A stretch of DNA of 58,161 bases, from IMG/VR virus record IMGVR_UViG_3300019469_000054, positions 1-58,161 of that record; one strand, given 5' to 3'. A program made the translations under genes and the position numbers. Below the pieces are notes generated by a model, which saw only the letters and a list, made by a program, of their open reading frames with translations, was not told the origin of the DNA and made no database searches. Positions within the stretch are counted from its first letter, which is position 1. The number at the start of each line of letters is the position of its first letter. This DNA comes from a virus. Of this stretch, positions 37,186 through 45,995 are shown one piece after another.

Positions 37186-39519
37186 TCAGTCTCGTTGCTT
37201 TAGCGAGACCATCCTGACCTTCTTCCCTGCTTCGTTTCTCACGACTGGTGCGGCGAGACGCCCCATGCGAGTACCTGCATCGACGATCTCATCAGCCCGT
37301 CGAGTGTTGTCGATCCGGCGGAGGAGGTGACCCAACACCGCGTCACGCGTTGCGGTCTTGTTGGGCTGGGCTGCCAGGAAGGCTTCAACCTGAGCTACAT
37401 CCTTGCTGATGTCGGAATCCGCAGCGCAGGCGACGAATGCCTCGAAGGCCTTCAGGTGAACGTCTGCCAATTGAATGGCCTTCACTGCGTGGCGCATCTT
37501 GACTGTGTGCTGCTGCTCAGCAGCGGCGATCAAAGCCGCCATACGAAGGATTGACAAGCCCAGACGTTCAACGCAGGGGACCAGGTACTCGCTGTACAGC
37601 GGGTGTTGGTCCGCGAGTACTGCGCACATGTTCCCCGCGTCACGGATACGATCCAGGGCCTTCTCCTCGAAGGCGATGAGAGCACGCGCATCCTCGCCCT
37701 CAACCGTGAAGGGCTCCAGTGCCTCGCGCTCCTGACGCCAGTGGTGCTTGGCGAGCGTCAGAAGACGGAGGTTCAGGTTAAACATATTGTCCTGTCGTTG
37801 GAGCGTCTCGTCGTCAGTGTCCGACAGAATGGTGAAGTCGTCCATGGTCCTCGCAGGATCGAACTCCGTGGACTCGGGCAGAACGGGGAGACACCTTGGG
37901 ACGAACCCTGAAGCGATCTTCTCCACCTTCAGGTTCCCCGCCGCCTGATCCAGGATCCCCATGCACAGGATCGACAGGGAGAAGGGTGTCTCCTTGCGGT
38001 ACTTATGACCCTTCTGCTTCCGAGCTATCGAAGGAATGTAGCCATCATAGGCCTTCGTGAGGAACCCGATCTCACCGTCCATGTACGAACCAGAGCGCAT
38101 GGCTCGGGCGAACAGGTCCTGCACCTCGTCCAGGATCACGAGGAGCGACCCCCCGGGCATCTCTCCGCAGTGCTGAGCCAGAGCTTCGGGTGTGTGATCC
38201 TCGGGGCCGATGAGATCCAAGCTGAACTCCGCTCCGACACGACGGAGGAAGTGCTTCACATAACTGGCCGTGGTTGACTTCTTGTCACGGGTCGTTCGCC
38301 CCAGAAGAAGTGTGTAGAGGTTGCAACTCAACCTGCCGAACGACGTGCGAACTCGGATGTCCGATCCGAGCACTGCGGAGAGGATCGACATGGCCGCTGC
38401 GTAGTTGAACTGCTTCGATGTGCGTGACGACATGTCGCTCATGTACTGAGCCAACGAGTCCACCACAGTATCCTGCGGAACTTTATCGAACTTATCGTTG
38501 ATCAGGCGGACGTCACCCCAGAACAATCCATTGCGCTCGTCCTGTAACCGGGGAATACGGATCGACTCCCCGTTGATCGCCTCGATAGCAATCGCGTCAG
38601 CGAGATCGGCTTGAACCTCCTGGTCATCATCCCAACGCGCCTTGTCGCGCTGAATCTGAATCCACAGGTCGCTGTCCGGGCGCCCGTCACGTTTGTACTT
38701 GTTGCAGCCAGCGTCCTGAACAACAGTAAAGACATCAGCGAGCTCGACACCGGCCTCGAACAGGGAACACTCCAAGGAGTACATAAGAGCCGACCAGTCG
38801 TCTGACGGCAGAGGATCATCTGCATACAGCGCCGTGATCTTGTTGTCCTTGAGGCGATTAATGATCGCCACGGCCCCGTCCTGATCGACCTCGGGCATCT
38901 CCATGATGAGATCGACCTTAGGGGTCGAGGCCGGCGAATACGCCGCGGTGAACTCCCTGACCGAGTAGGACTTCCTGTCATTGAACTTGACAGTGACCTG
39001 GGTCGGGAGTCCGTACTTGGGCTTCGTGTTCATGGTTCCAGGCACACGGAGCTTCTTCGCCAGTGGCCAGCCCCGATCCACACCCGTGTCGGCATGTGTC
39101 TGATAGACGCCTCGGTTGAGTTGCTCGATGTCGAGGTTCCCCTGTGAGCGGTAGTCCGACAGGCGCCAATAGGCGTGGTAATGATCGGGGCTCGACTTCA
39201 CGAGAACTGTGGGCTTCAGGAACAGGTCATCCGGGTGAAGGCCATCCAGATCCGCATAGACACAGGCCAACTGCTTCACGTTCTTCTTCGTCGCGTGGCG
39301 TGCGGAAGACAGGGTGGAGGGCTTGTGGAAGAGCATAGGCGACCAATAGACGTCCTTGTCGGACATCTTCTCGACGACCTCGCACATCCGCTCTGCTTCG
39401 GTCGGCCAGTGGTACCACTGGCAACGAGACAGTCCGCCGCCGGGACCCAGGCTCATGATGGGCACCCACCCTTCATCGTCGGGAAGGATGCGCTCGAAGA
39501 ACTGTTGTAACTGGCTCAT
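37186..39519 (-). CDS. Bifunctional primase-polymerase / helicase-like replication protein.
   Basis: 777 aa. ATG at 39519. Prim-pol-like N-terminus (VYADLDG...SSPDHYHAYWRL). P-loop-like LLLGRTTRDKKSTT in the C-terminal half. Confidence 0.8.
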   Translation of the reverse strand: MSQLQQFFERILPDDEGWVPIMSLGPGGGLSRCQWYHWPTEAERMCEVVEKMSDKDVYWSPMLFHKPSTLSSARHATKKNVKQLACVYADLDGLHPDDLFLKPTVLVKSSPDHYHAYWRLSDYRSQGNLDIEQLNRGVYQTHADTGVDRGWPLAKKLRVPGTMNTKPKYGLPTQVTVKFNDRKSYSVREFTAAYSPASTPKVDLIMEMPEVDQDGAVAIINRLKDNKITALYADDPLPSDDWSALMYSLECSLFEAGVELADVFTVVQDAGCNKYKRDGRPDSDLWIQIQRDKARWDDDQEVQADLADAIAIEAINGESIRIPRLQDERNGLFWGDVRLINDKFDKVPQDTVVDSLAQYMSDMSSRTSKQFNYAAAMSILSAVLGSDIRVRTSFGRLSCNLYTLLLGRTTRDKKSTTASYVKHFLRRVGAEFSLDLIGPEDHTPEALAQHCGEMPGGSLLVILDEVQDLFARAMRSGSYMDGEIGFLTKAYDGYIPSIARKQKGHKYRKETPFSLSILCMGILDQAAGNLKVEKIASGFVPRCLPVLPESTEFDPARTMDDFTILSDTDDETLQRQDNMFNLNLRLLTLAKHHWRQEREALEPFTVEGEDARALIAFEEKALDRIRDAGNMCAVLADQHPLYSEYLVPCVERLGLSILRMAALIAAAEQQHTVKMRHAVKAIQLADVHLKAFEAFVACAADSDISKDVAQVEAFLAAQPNKTATRDAVLGHLLRRIDNTRRADEIVDAGTRMGRLAAPVVRNEAGKKVRMVSLKQRD

Positions 39520-39560
39520 GTGTACCTCGATTCTGTGAAACGACTCGCCACTACCCACAA

Positions 39561-39600
39561 CGCTAGCAGCCCTCGACGGTTTTGTCGAGGGCTGCTAGCG
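39561..39600 (-). terminator. Intrinsic terminator.
   Basis: Perfect 17-bp stem CGCTAGCAGCCCTCGAC / GTCGAGGGCTGCTAGCG with a 6-nt loop, just downstream of the 39614 stop. Confidence 0.8.
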
Positions 39601-39613
39601 TATCAGGCGATCG

Positions 39614-40195
39614 TTACATGAGCGTGATCTTGGCGGAAGAGGTCTTCTTCGGGTCGAAGGTCAGACGCTTCACCGAGTTCGAGGGGTTCCAGGTGTCCTG
39701 GATCAGGTTCCCGCTCTCATCTGTGATGGGCTCGCCGTCCTCGTCCAGCTTGTAGACGGGCTGGCCATTCTGGTCGAAGCGCTTGCGTCCCTCATCCACG
39801 GCGATGTCGAGCGTGGCGCCGACGCCCTCCAGGCCCTCCTCGACAGCCTGCACGGTGCTGTCGATCTGAGCGGGGGAGAGCTTGGCCTTGAGCTCGGCCG
39901 GGTTGCTCGGCCACTGACCGGCAGCACCGAAGTACTTGGGGAGGTTGAAGTGAATCTGCTCCTTGCCGGTGCGCTTGCTCTTGATGGTGAAGACCGTGCG
40001 GTCGAGCACGGTCTTGCCCGCCTCAGTGTCGTCCCCGTCCACGGTCCACTCGACGACGAGCATCGGCTTCCCGCTGGACTTGGACTCGGTGACCTCGACG
40101 CTGGAGACGTAGGCGTGGTGCTTCCCGGGCTTGATGAGCTCGAAGGCCCCACCCTCACGGGCAACGTCCATGTCGGAGAGGTTGATGGACAGCAT
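39614..40195 (-). CDS. DUF669-like protein (putative ssDNA-binding/annealing accessory).
   Basis: 193 aa. Lies next to the Sak4-like ATPase. N-terminal pattern GAFELIKPGKHHAYVSSVEVTESKSSGKPMLVVEW. Confidence 0.6.
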   Translation of the reverse strand: MLSINLSDMDVAREGGAFELIKPGKHHAYVSSVEVTESKSSGKPMLVVEWTVDGDDTEAGKTVLDRTVFTIKSKRTGKEQIHFNLPKYFGAAGQWPSNPAELKAKLSPAQIDSTVQAVEEGLEGVGATLDIAVDEGRKRFDQNGQPVYKLDEDGEPITDESGNLIQDTWNPSNSVKRLTFDPKKTSSAKITLM

Positions 40196-40230
40196 GCTGG
40201 TTCTCTTTCTGTTGTTGGGTTGCTGTTCGG

Positions 40231-41001
40231 TCAGTTGGTCTTGTTCAGGGCCTGCTTGATGAAGCCGTAGAACTTCGACATGGTGGGGTTCCCGATGGCC
40301 TCGGGGAACCCGGTGATGCGCTGCTTGGTCAGGGTTGACTTCTCCTGGGTGAACAGCGCGGGCACGAGCACATCATTCCCTTTCTCGTCCTGTGTGTCAA
40401 CCCAGGACATGTATCCGACGAAGTCGAACAGCGAGGGGAGCTTGCGGATGGACTTCTTCCCTTCGAACGAAGGGCTCACGAGCGTGGCGCCGGTAACCTC
40501 GTTGGTCTCCCGCTCCGCGTGCGTGATCGCGATGAGCGACACGCCCTTGGCGTCCGACAGGGCCTTGATGATGGAGCGAGGCGCCTCGTAGGCGGCGGCC
40601 CAGGCGGCGAAGGTGTCCTTCGGGTTGATGGTCTGGAAGTGGTTGACTACGAGCTCCTGAAGCTGATCGAGCGTGTCGATCACCACAGTCTTGAACGGGA
40701 ACTCACCCTTGTCGATCGAGGGCTTGATCACGTTCTCGAAGAGCTTGACGCAGTCGTTCCACGAGTCGCAGTGGACGATGGTGGTCTTGTCGAGGTCTCC
40801 CCACTGACCCAGTGGCATGGTGCCGTTCTCGAAGTCGATGTACAGCACAGGCGCCAGGTCCTCGCACTTCGAGGCTGTAGCAGCGAGCGAACTCTTGCCT
40901 GTACCGGCCAGACCGAACAGAAGCAGCGAGAACGTGGAGAGATCCTCGGGCTGCACCTCCCTCAACCCCGACTTCTTGAACAGGTCGTTGAATGTTGACA
41001 T
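40231..41001 (-). CDS. RecA-like AAA ATPase (Sak4-type recombinase).
   Basis: 256 aa from the ATG at 41001 (RBS GAGAGGAAG). Walker A LLFGLAGTGKSSL and Walker B VVIDTLD. Confidence 0.8.
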   Translation of the reverse strand: MSTFNDLFKKSGLREVQPEDLSTFSLLLFGLAGTGKSSLAATASKCEDLAPVLYIDFENGTMPLGQWGDLDKTTIVHCDSWNDCVKLFENVIKPSIDKGEFPFKTVVIDTLDQLQELVVNHFQTINPKDTFAAWAAAYEAPRSIIKALSDAKGVSLIAITHAERETNEVTGATLVSPSFEGKKSIRKLPSLFDFVGYMSWVDTQDEKGNDVLVPALFTQEKSTLTKQRITGFPEAIGNPTMSKFYGFIKQALNKTN

Positions 41002-41240
41002 TAGTCGGCTTCCTCTCGAGCCCTGTCGTTCTCGATCTTGGCTCGCTCCCACACAGCGTTGTTGAGCGCCTGCGTCACAGCAAATGCCGTCAGGCGTGGC
41101 CCGTACTCCTGAACGTATTGGACTGTGAACCCAACACCGACACCGCCAATGGCTGGATTCGTCTGATGGTTCTGAACTCGGACGGGCGGGCCCATGCGCT
41201 CCATCCCGCTCTCCATGTCCCAGACGGGATTGTCTTTCAT
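41001..41240 (-). CDS. Hypothetical protein (79 aa).
   Basis: ATG at 41240 preceded by GGAGG. TAATG junction with the downstream gene. Confidence 0.6.
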   Translation of the reverse strand: MKDNPVWDMESGMERMGPPVRVQNHQTNPAIGGVGVGFTVQYVQEYGPRLTAFAVTQALNNAVWERAKIENDRAREEAD

Positions 41241-41241
41241 T

Positions 41242-41382
41242 TCAACCTCCAAAGATGACGGTTCCGATGACCAGGGTGACTACCCCGGCGAAGATGACGC
41301 TCCCGATGACGATACCTTCGCCGATCATGAGGAGCCAGTCGTCCTTGTCAGGATGCTTCCGTTTCTGTCGTGCGTGACGCAT
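41242..41382 (-). CDS. Small membrane protein (46 aa).
   Basis: MRHARQKRKHPDKDDWLLMIGEGIVIGSVIFAGVVTLVIGTVIFGG. Tightly packed between neighbouring genes. Below the ORF-track cutoff. Confidence 0.5.
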   Translation of the reverse strand: MRHARQKRKHPDKDDWLLMIGEGIVIGSVIFAGVVTLVIGTVIFGG

Positions 41383-41383
41383 C

Positions 41384-42151
41384 TCAGCCTTTCATGTAGT
41401 GGATCGGTCTGTACTTACTACAGTAGAAGCACTCAGGGGCGCTGTCAAGAGTTGTGATCAGATCGTCACTCTCCTTCGCTTTCTTGTAGATTAGCCCTGC
41501 CCGCCCCAGAGCGTAGATAGCGAGGTCCCTGTCGTATGGCATCGACAGGGCGGTGAGCTCGGACTCGACCACGTGGATCGTGGCGTCCCGAGGTAGGAGC
41601 AGCAGTGTGACGTTGTTCACGTCGTAGCCCTGGTCTTCCATGCCCTTTCCGTACAGGCAGAGCTGTATGTAGTACTGGAGGAACTGAGCAGCGCCGTAGT
41701 CCTCGACGATGGCGTCGAAGCCGCTCCTCTGAGATTTGCGGTACAACCGCTTGAAGGCGTCCCGCTTCTTCAGGGAGACGAGCTTCCAGTCCATTACCTC
41801 CGCTCCCTCGATGTCGAACCTGTCGAGCGTTCCCTTGATTGGGCCGTAGCCACCGACATCACCAACCTGGACCGGCTGCTCTACGAGAACCTCGGCCTCC
41901 CGCTCCATGTCGCGACTGCGTTTCTCGCACAACAGGTGAAATGCCGTCCCGAGCAGCGGGGCGATAGGCGTCTTCTCGTTCTCCCCTGGGCGCTGGATAC
42001 CCATTAAGTCCTCGCCTAGACAAAGGTCACAGCACTTGCCGAGACCTGAAGGTCCGACACGGCGCTGCTTGTCCCGCTTGGAGCGAGCGGTCAAGAGATG
42101 ACGAGCCTGGTCAATGGCTGCGGTAGAAGTCAAGAGCCTCAGCCTCCTCAA
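41384..42151 (-). CDS. PD-(D/E)XK exonuclease, Cas4/RecB-like.
   Basis: About 250 aa. N-terminal Cys cluster KCCDLC and C-terminal CFYC. DxK-type core (DRFDIEG...MDWKLV). The start is uncertain (TTG at 42151 or 42133). Confidence 0.7.
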   Translation of the reverse strand: MRRLRLLTSTAAIDQARHLLTARSKRDKQRRVGPSGLGKCCDLCLGEDLMGIQRPGENEKTPIAPLLGTAFHLLCEKRSRDMEREAEVLVEQPVQVGDVGGYGPIKGTLDRFDIEGAEVMDWKLVSLKKRDAFKRLYRKSQRSGFDAIVEDYGAAQFLQYYIQLCLYGKGMEDQGYDVNNVTLLLLPRDATIHVVESELTALSMPYDRDLAIYALGRAGLIYKKAKESDDLITTLDSAPECFYCSKYRPIHYMKG

Positions 42152-42368
42152 TCGCGATCTGCGCTTCCTTGATGAGCTGGCTCAGGACAGGATCATCGGA
42201 AATCGTCTCGGCCAGATCCTCGACGAACTCAAGTCTCGGGTCCCCGATATGGACACGTTCGGTGACCAGGTACGGTCCCCTGATCGCAGCATCGAGCGCG
42301 TTCGGCAGAGACTTGAAGGACCAGGCGACCTCGTTGATCTTGTCGAACCAGACGTCGTATCGTTTCAT
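42111..42368 (-). CDS. Hypothetical protein (85 aa).
   Basis: ATG at 42368 preceded by GGAAGGA. A promoter-like element lies just upstream. Confidence 0.65.
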   Translation of the reverse strand: MKRYDVWFDKINEVAWSFKSLPNALDAAIRGPYLVTERVHIGDPRLEFVEDLAETISDDPVLSQLIKEAQIAIEEAEALDFYRSH

Positions 42369-42394
42369 AGGAAATCCTTCCTGTAGGTGCCCCC

Positions 42395-42423
42395 ACCCTA
42401 CGGGGTTTTGGCTCCCAAGTCAA
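42395..42423 (-). promoter_or_regulatory. Sigma-70/SigA-like promoter reading leftward.
   Basis: On the minus strand: TTGACT (42423-42418), a 17-nt spacer, then TAGGGT (42400-42395), about 27 nt before the ATG at 42368. Confidence 0.55.
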
Positions 42424-42555
42424 GGGAGGAAATCACCCCCCGAAGCCGAAGTTTTTCGCGGGCTGTGGGCTCCCAACTCGGCTGGGTTTTTTGGGCGAAG
42501 CAGAACCGCCCAGCCCCGAAGGACCAGGCGGTTCCGACTCCCGCTGATGTGAGAC

Positions 42556-43602
42556 TCACCTCATTCGGAAGAGCTCCTCAACAGGGTTCTTGATCTCGTC
42601 GAGGACCTCGCCCTCCCACGCCTCGATCTCCTTGCGGTACATAGGTCCGAAGATGTTCGTAAGCTTAACGTCCTCGATCCTAATCCGCACTCGGAACACC
42701 CGGAACGGCCGCTCGTACTCCTGTCCCCGCGAGATCGCATGAGCCAGGGTCGGAGTGAAGAACAGACCCCGGTTCGGTGTCGTGCGTTTCTCCTCCGGGA
42801 CTGACACAATCTTGCCGACCTCCCACTTAATGGGCTCACCATAGAGTTGCCCCGTAAGACCATCTGCACTAGTCGTCTTGTAGACAAGGTATTCGGTCTC
42901 GAAAGAATTCAGTGGGAGGGCCAGGCGATTCAGAAACCCCCGAGTTGCAGTGAAAAGGCTTCCTTTATCTTCATTGCTCCCGAAGCACTGAATCTTTCCG
43001 TCGCCGTGAACAATAGCGCCCGACTCGTGCTGAACAACTGACATATCAGAGACGGCGTTAATTCGCGAATCCTTGTACGCAATAGCCCGCGAGGTGTCGA
43101 GCAGAACACCGGATGAATTACCGTAGAACTCCCCGTCTGCACGATCGAAAAGCATCACACGTGTGTCCTTGCAGGCCTGGAAACTGGCGGAATCGTAGGC
43201 CTCGACACCAGAGCAATACCACATCTCGGCGGATGACGACTCATAGAGCTCGACACCCTTGCATCCGATGAGGTGCGTTGTTGAACGACCCCAAACACGC
43301 ACTCGTTTGCAATCTTCGCACGTACTTATAGCACCCTGCGCAGTATTGATCTCCACCAGATCCACGTTAACGATTCGAGCTTCGAGCTCGCCGAGGAGTT
43401 CCAACTCACCTCCCCAGCCCAAAATTTCAAGCCCCGCGTTCCCGAAACCCTTCACCTGCAAGTAATGCACGGACTCGGGAATCTCGGAGCCATCAAGACG
43501 TATATATTCGTCCCCATACAGCCCCAATTTTTTGTCCTTCGCATTCCCGAAATGCTTCAGGTTTTCCAGGATTTCGTCCCGGCTTCTCTTTCCCCAAGAC
43601 AT
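42556..43602 (-). CDS. Hypothetical protein (348 aa) with a repetitive beta-rich N-terminal half.
   Basis: ATG at 43602 preceded by GAAAGG, 8 nt after the dcd stop. The longer track ORF (to 44091) overlaps dcd out of frame and is rejected. Confidence 0.7.
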   Translation of the reverse strand: MSWGKRSRDEILENLKHFGNAKDKKLGLYGDEYIRLDGSEIPESVHYLQVKGFGNAGLEILGWGGELELLGELEARIVNVDLVEINTAQGAISTCEDCKRVRVWGRSTTHLIGCKGVELYESSSAEMWYCSGVEAYDSASFQACKDTRVMLFDRADGEFYGNSSGVLLDTSRAIAYKDSRINAVSDMSVVQHESGAIVHGDGKIQCFGSNEDKGSLFTATRGFLNRLALPLNSFETEYLVYKTTSADGLTGQLYGEPIKWEVGKIVSVPEEKRTTPNRGLFFTPTLAHAISRGQEYERPFRVFRVRIRIEDVKLTNIFGPMYRKEIEAWEGEVLDEIKNPVEELFRMR

Positions 43603-43609
43603 GAAATTG

Positions 43610-44134
43610 TTACCTTTCTGCAATGTTCGGAGCGGTTGTGGTAGCGATTTGATGCTGATAGTGGGAGCCCAAGGACTTATCCCCGTAAGGGACGATCGGC
43701 GGCGTGTCGAGTTCCAGAATCGACAACTGAGCAATGGCACAACCCATGGGCAACTCCAACGGTTTTGCTGCGAGATTGCAGAGCTCCAGCGTGATCGTGC
43801 CATAGAAACCAGGATCGATGAAGCCGGCCGTGATGTGCACCAAAAGCCCGCGCCGTGCCCAGGAGGACTTGCCCTCGACACGGGCAACGAGATGCGCAGG
43901 AATGCCCACCGTCTCCGTCGTCCGAGCCAGTGCGAACTCCCCGGGCTTGAGGAGAATGGCGTCCGTGACCTTGTCATCACGATGCTCAGTGGGCAGTCCG
44001 ACGTCGCGAACGACATCGCGATGAAGGTGCATCTCCACGCTCGCTGGCTGAATCGCGCCGGCCGACAGTGGCGTAATGGTGAGCACTCCACTGTCGAGGA
44101 GGCGCGTAATGGTGGTCGAAGAGAGCATGCTCAT
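43610..44134 (-). CDS. dcd: dCTP deaminase family protein.
   Basis: 174 aa. Patterns ILLKPGEFALARTTE, VEGKSSWARRGLLVH and GFIDPGFYGTITLELCN are typical of Dcd/dUTPase-fold deaminases. Confidence 0.85.
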   Translation of the reverse strand: MSMLSSTTITRLLDSGVLTITPLSAGAIQPASVEMHLHRDVVRDVGLPTEHRDDKVTDAILLKPGEFALARTTETVGIPAHLVARVEGKSSWARRGLLVHITAGFIDPGFYGTITLELCNLAAKPLELPMGCAIAQLSILELDTPPIVPYGDKSLGSHYQHQIATTTAPNIAER

Positions 44135-44183
44135 TCGGGTACCTATCTGCCCCGGCCAGAGCGCCGGGGCGTGGTTGGATCGG

Positions 44184-44477
44184 TTAGATTGTGTGATGTA
44201 TCGTAAGCGCTTCAGGTATCTCGGTTCTGTAACTTCCTCTCGCCATTCCTATCGAGCGCATCGTCGGTACGGACAGTACTTCATGTTCTGCTAGTGCTTT
44301 CAGTTCTCCTAGTGTCCATACCGCACCGCGGTCAAGCCGTGCCTGTAGGGTCCCTCTCCTCCATCCGACAACGCGTGAGACCTCCGCTGCTCCACCGTGT
44401 CGTTCGATCTCCTCTTTCACTAGCCGGGCTATGCGCTCATCCTCCTCTGCTACTGACTCGGATAGTGCTCGTTTCAC
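44184..44477 (-). CDS. HTH DNA-binding protein (97 aa).
   Basis: The GTG start overlaps the upstream stop. HTH-like AAEVSRVVGWRRGTLQARLDRG. Confidence 0.65.
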   Translation of the reverse strand: MKRALSESVAEEDERIARLVKEEIERHGGAAEVSRVVGWRRGTLQARLDRGAVWTLGELKALAEHEVLSVPTMRSIGMARGSYRTEIPEALTIHHTI

Positions 44478-44812
44478 TGCATCTCCGCATCGTGCTGTCG
44501 AATCTTCTCGTCGTCCTGTCCGATCACGTGCGCCTCGAATGCTTGGTGCTCGCGAGCATCCTGGTCGGCTTCGTACTGCACGCGAGTCATCACGAAAGCC
44601 TCGCCAATACCGTCGCCGTCAACGGCGGGGTCCCAGATGCACACGTCCTCACCATCGGGAAGCGCTCCGTCGTCCGACAGACAGTGCGCAATGTCCTGCA
44701 CTTCCGTTGCGCCGGTCCGCGAGTGGTGCACCGTCCCCAGTGCGATGCCGATGATCGTGCCGACCAGGGCGGGGACGATGATGAAGGCCAGGATCTTGTG
44801 GGTGAGTGTCAT
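44474..44812 (-). CDS. Membrane protein (112 aa).
   Basis: ATG at 44812 preceded by GAAAGGAA. N-terminal TM segment ILAFIIVPALVGTIIGIALG. Confidence 0.65.
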   Translation of the reverse strand: MTLTHKILAFIIVPALVGTIIGIALGTVHHSRTGATEVQDIAHCLSDDGALPDGEDVCIWDPAVDGDGIGEAFVMTRVQYEADQDAREHQAFEAHVIGQDDEKIRQHDAEMQ

Positions 44813-44840
44813 TGTTCGGTTCCTTTCAAGGGTTAGGGGT

Positions 44841-45131
44841 TCAGTTCTCAGTGAGCCAGGCCGCCGCCGACTCAGCGTCCTCGGGATCAACCATATCGCG
44901 GTGGAGCGTCTCGCGCAACGGGTCACAGGTCTCGACTACGACACTGACCGGGAAGCCAATGCTATCGAACCAGGTCACATCGCAATCGACCCTCTTGTCG
45001 TCGCTCTGAACGACCCAATCCTCGACGTAGTCCATGTCGTCCGGGGTTCCTGCGAATCGATGCGTCGTCCACTCCACATCGCCGGGCAGCGCATCGATGA
45101 AGATGTCCTGTGCTTCTCCGAGAGTCAGCAT
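44841..45131 (-). CDS. Small acidic protein (96 aa).
   Basis: ATG at 45131 preceded by GGAAGGAG. Asp/Glu-rich. Confidence 0.65.
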   Translation of the reverse strand: MLTLGEAQDIFIDALPGDVEWTTHRFAGTPDDMDYVEDWVVQSDDKRVDCDVTWFDSIGFPVSVVVETCDPLRETLHRDMVDPEDAESAAAWLTEN

Positions 45132-45380
45132 CGTGTGCTCCTTCCTGTTCGATTCCTTTGACGACTCCATACTGCCCTACATCTTGTAGTCGCGCAACCC
45201 TCCACTACGTGACACCGCTCACTTATCAATCATTGGTCTCGATACGACACGGGCGCCTCCTCGCCGGCTGAAGGCCTCGCCCGCCCATATCTGCACACCT
45301 TGTACAGTTCACAGTCTGAGATTTTGCACCATGCATTGTGTCAAAAGTGACAGCGACCTCTGAAATGAACAGTTCAATAA

Positions 45381-45394
45381 GGACTGTGGTCCTA
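45381..45394. promoter_or_regulatory. Operator-like site GGACTGTGGTCCTA (copy B), followed directly by GGTAC.
   Basis: Lies in the 45132-45597 divergent intergenic region and matches the GGGACnnnnGTCCTA family. Confidence 0.45.
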
Positions 45395-45597
45395 GGTACT
45401 GCGTCATATTTCAGGCTCCAAACAAACCACTCTGTCCATATAACGAGAATTCTCCCCGCGGTGTAGCACTACAAAGCCCTGAAAACCACTTATAAATCGG
45501 TAGTACAACTCTCAACAACCGCATGATTCCAACGAATTTGACACGCGTGGTCCTCTATAGGCGTCCAACCGAACACCCGAACCGAAAGGGAAACCCC

Positions 45598-45858
45598 ATG
45601 CACGCCTCCATCTCCTCCATCATCGCCCGCCTCGACAGCGACGTTTACCTCGACCGCAGTGACGCCATGTACGACATCGAGATGGGCGGCCGCCACATCA
45701 AGCCCGCCGATCGAGCCGTCATCGTCGGCCGCCTCGTGGGTCTGCGCGAGCGGGCCATCGAGGGCGCGCTCAGCCGCGGCTGCCCGAGCCGGGCCGCCGC
45801 CGAGGAGCGGGACTTGGGAGTCCTCCGCATCGATGAAGTCATCGACACGCTCTGCTGA
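45598..45858 (+). CDS. Hypothetical protein (86 aa). The only rightward gene inside the leftward block.
   Basis: ATG at 45598 preceded by GAAAGGGAAA. Followed by a terminator. Confidence 0.6.
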   Translation: MHASISSIIARLDSDVYLDRSDAMYDIEMGGRHIKPADRAVIVGRLVGLRERAIEGALSRGCPSRAAAEERDLGVLRIDEVIDTLC

Positions 45859-45872
45859 GCGCCCCACCAACA

Positions 45873-45906
45873 GCCCCCGTCGGGATCATCCGGCGGGGGC
45901 TTTCTC
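45873..45906 (+). terminator. Intrinsic terminator after the 45598 gene.
   Basis: GCCCCCGTCGG / CCGGCGGGGGC stem (one G-U pair), loop gatcat, then TTTCTC. Confidence 0.7.
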
Positions 45907-45942
45907 ATGCCTGCGCGCCTAAGGCCGCGGGAGGCCCGTAGA

Positions 45943-45984
45943 CGGCACAGAAAGGCGCCCCTAGTACTAGGTACCGGGGGCGCC
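45943..45984 (-). terminator. Intrinsic terminator after the helicase gene.
   Basis: GGCGCCCC / GGGGCGCC stem. On the minus strand it is followed by TTTCTGTG. Confidence 0.65.
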
Positions 45985-45995
45985 CTGAAAGGCGC

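Noticed and set aside
42400-42480. The GGCTCCCAA(G/C)TC direct repeat (near 42410 and 42468) as a separate regulatory family.
   Set aside because: There are only two short copies. One overlaps the -35 of the predicted promoter, which is enough to explain it.
43603-44091. N-terminal 160 codons of the 511-aa track ORF 42556-44091.
   Set aside because: This part overlaps the dcd gene in another frame and reads as Pro/Arg/Ser-rich nonsense. A good RBS and the ATG at 43602, 8 nt after the dcd stop, give a sensible 348-aa protein.
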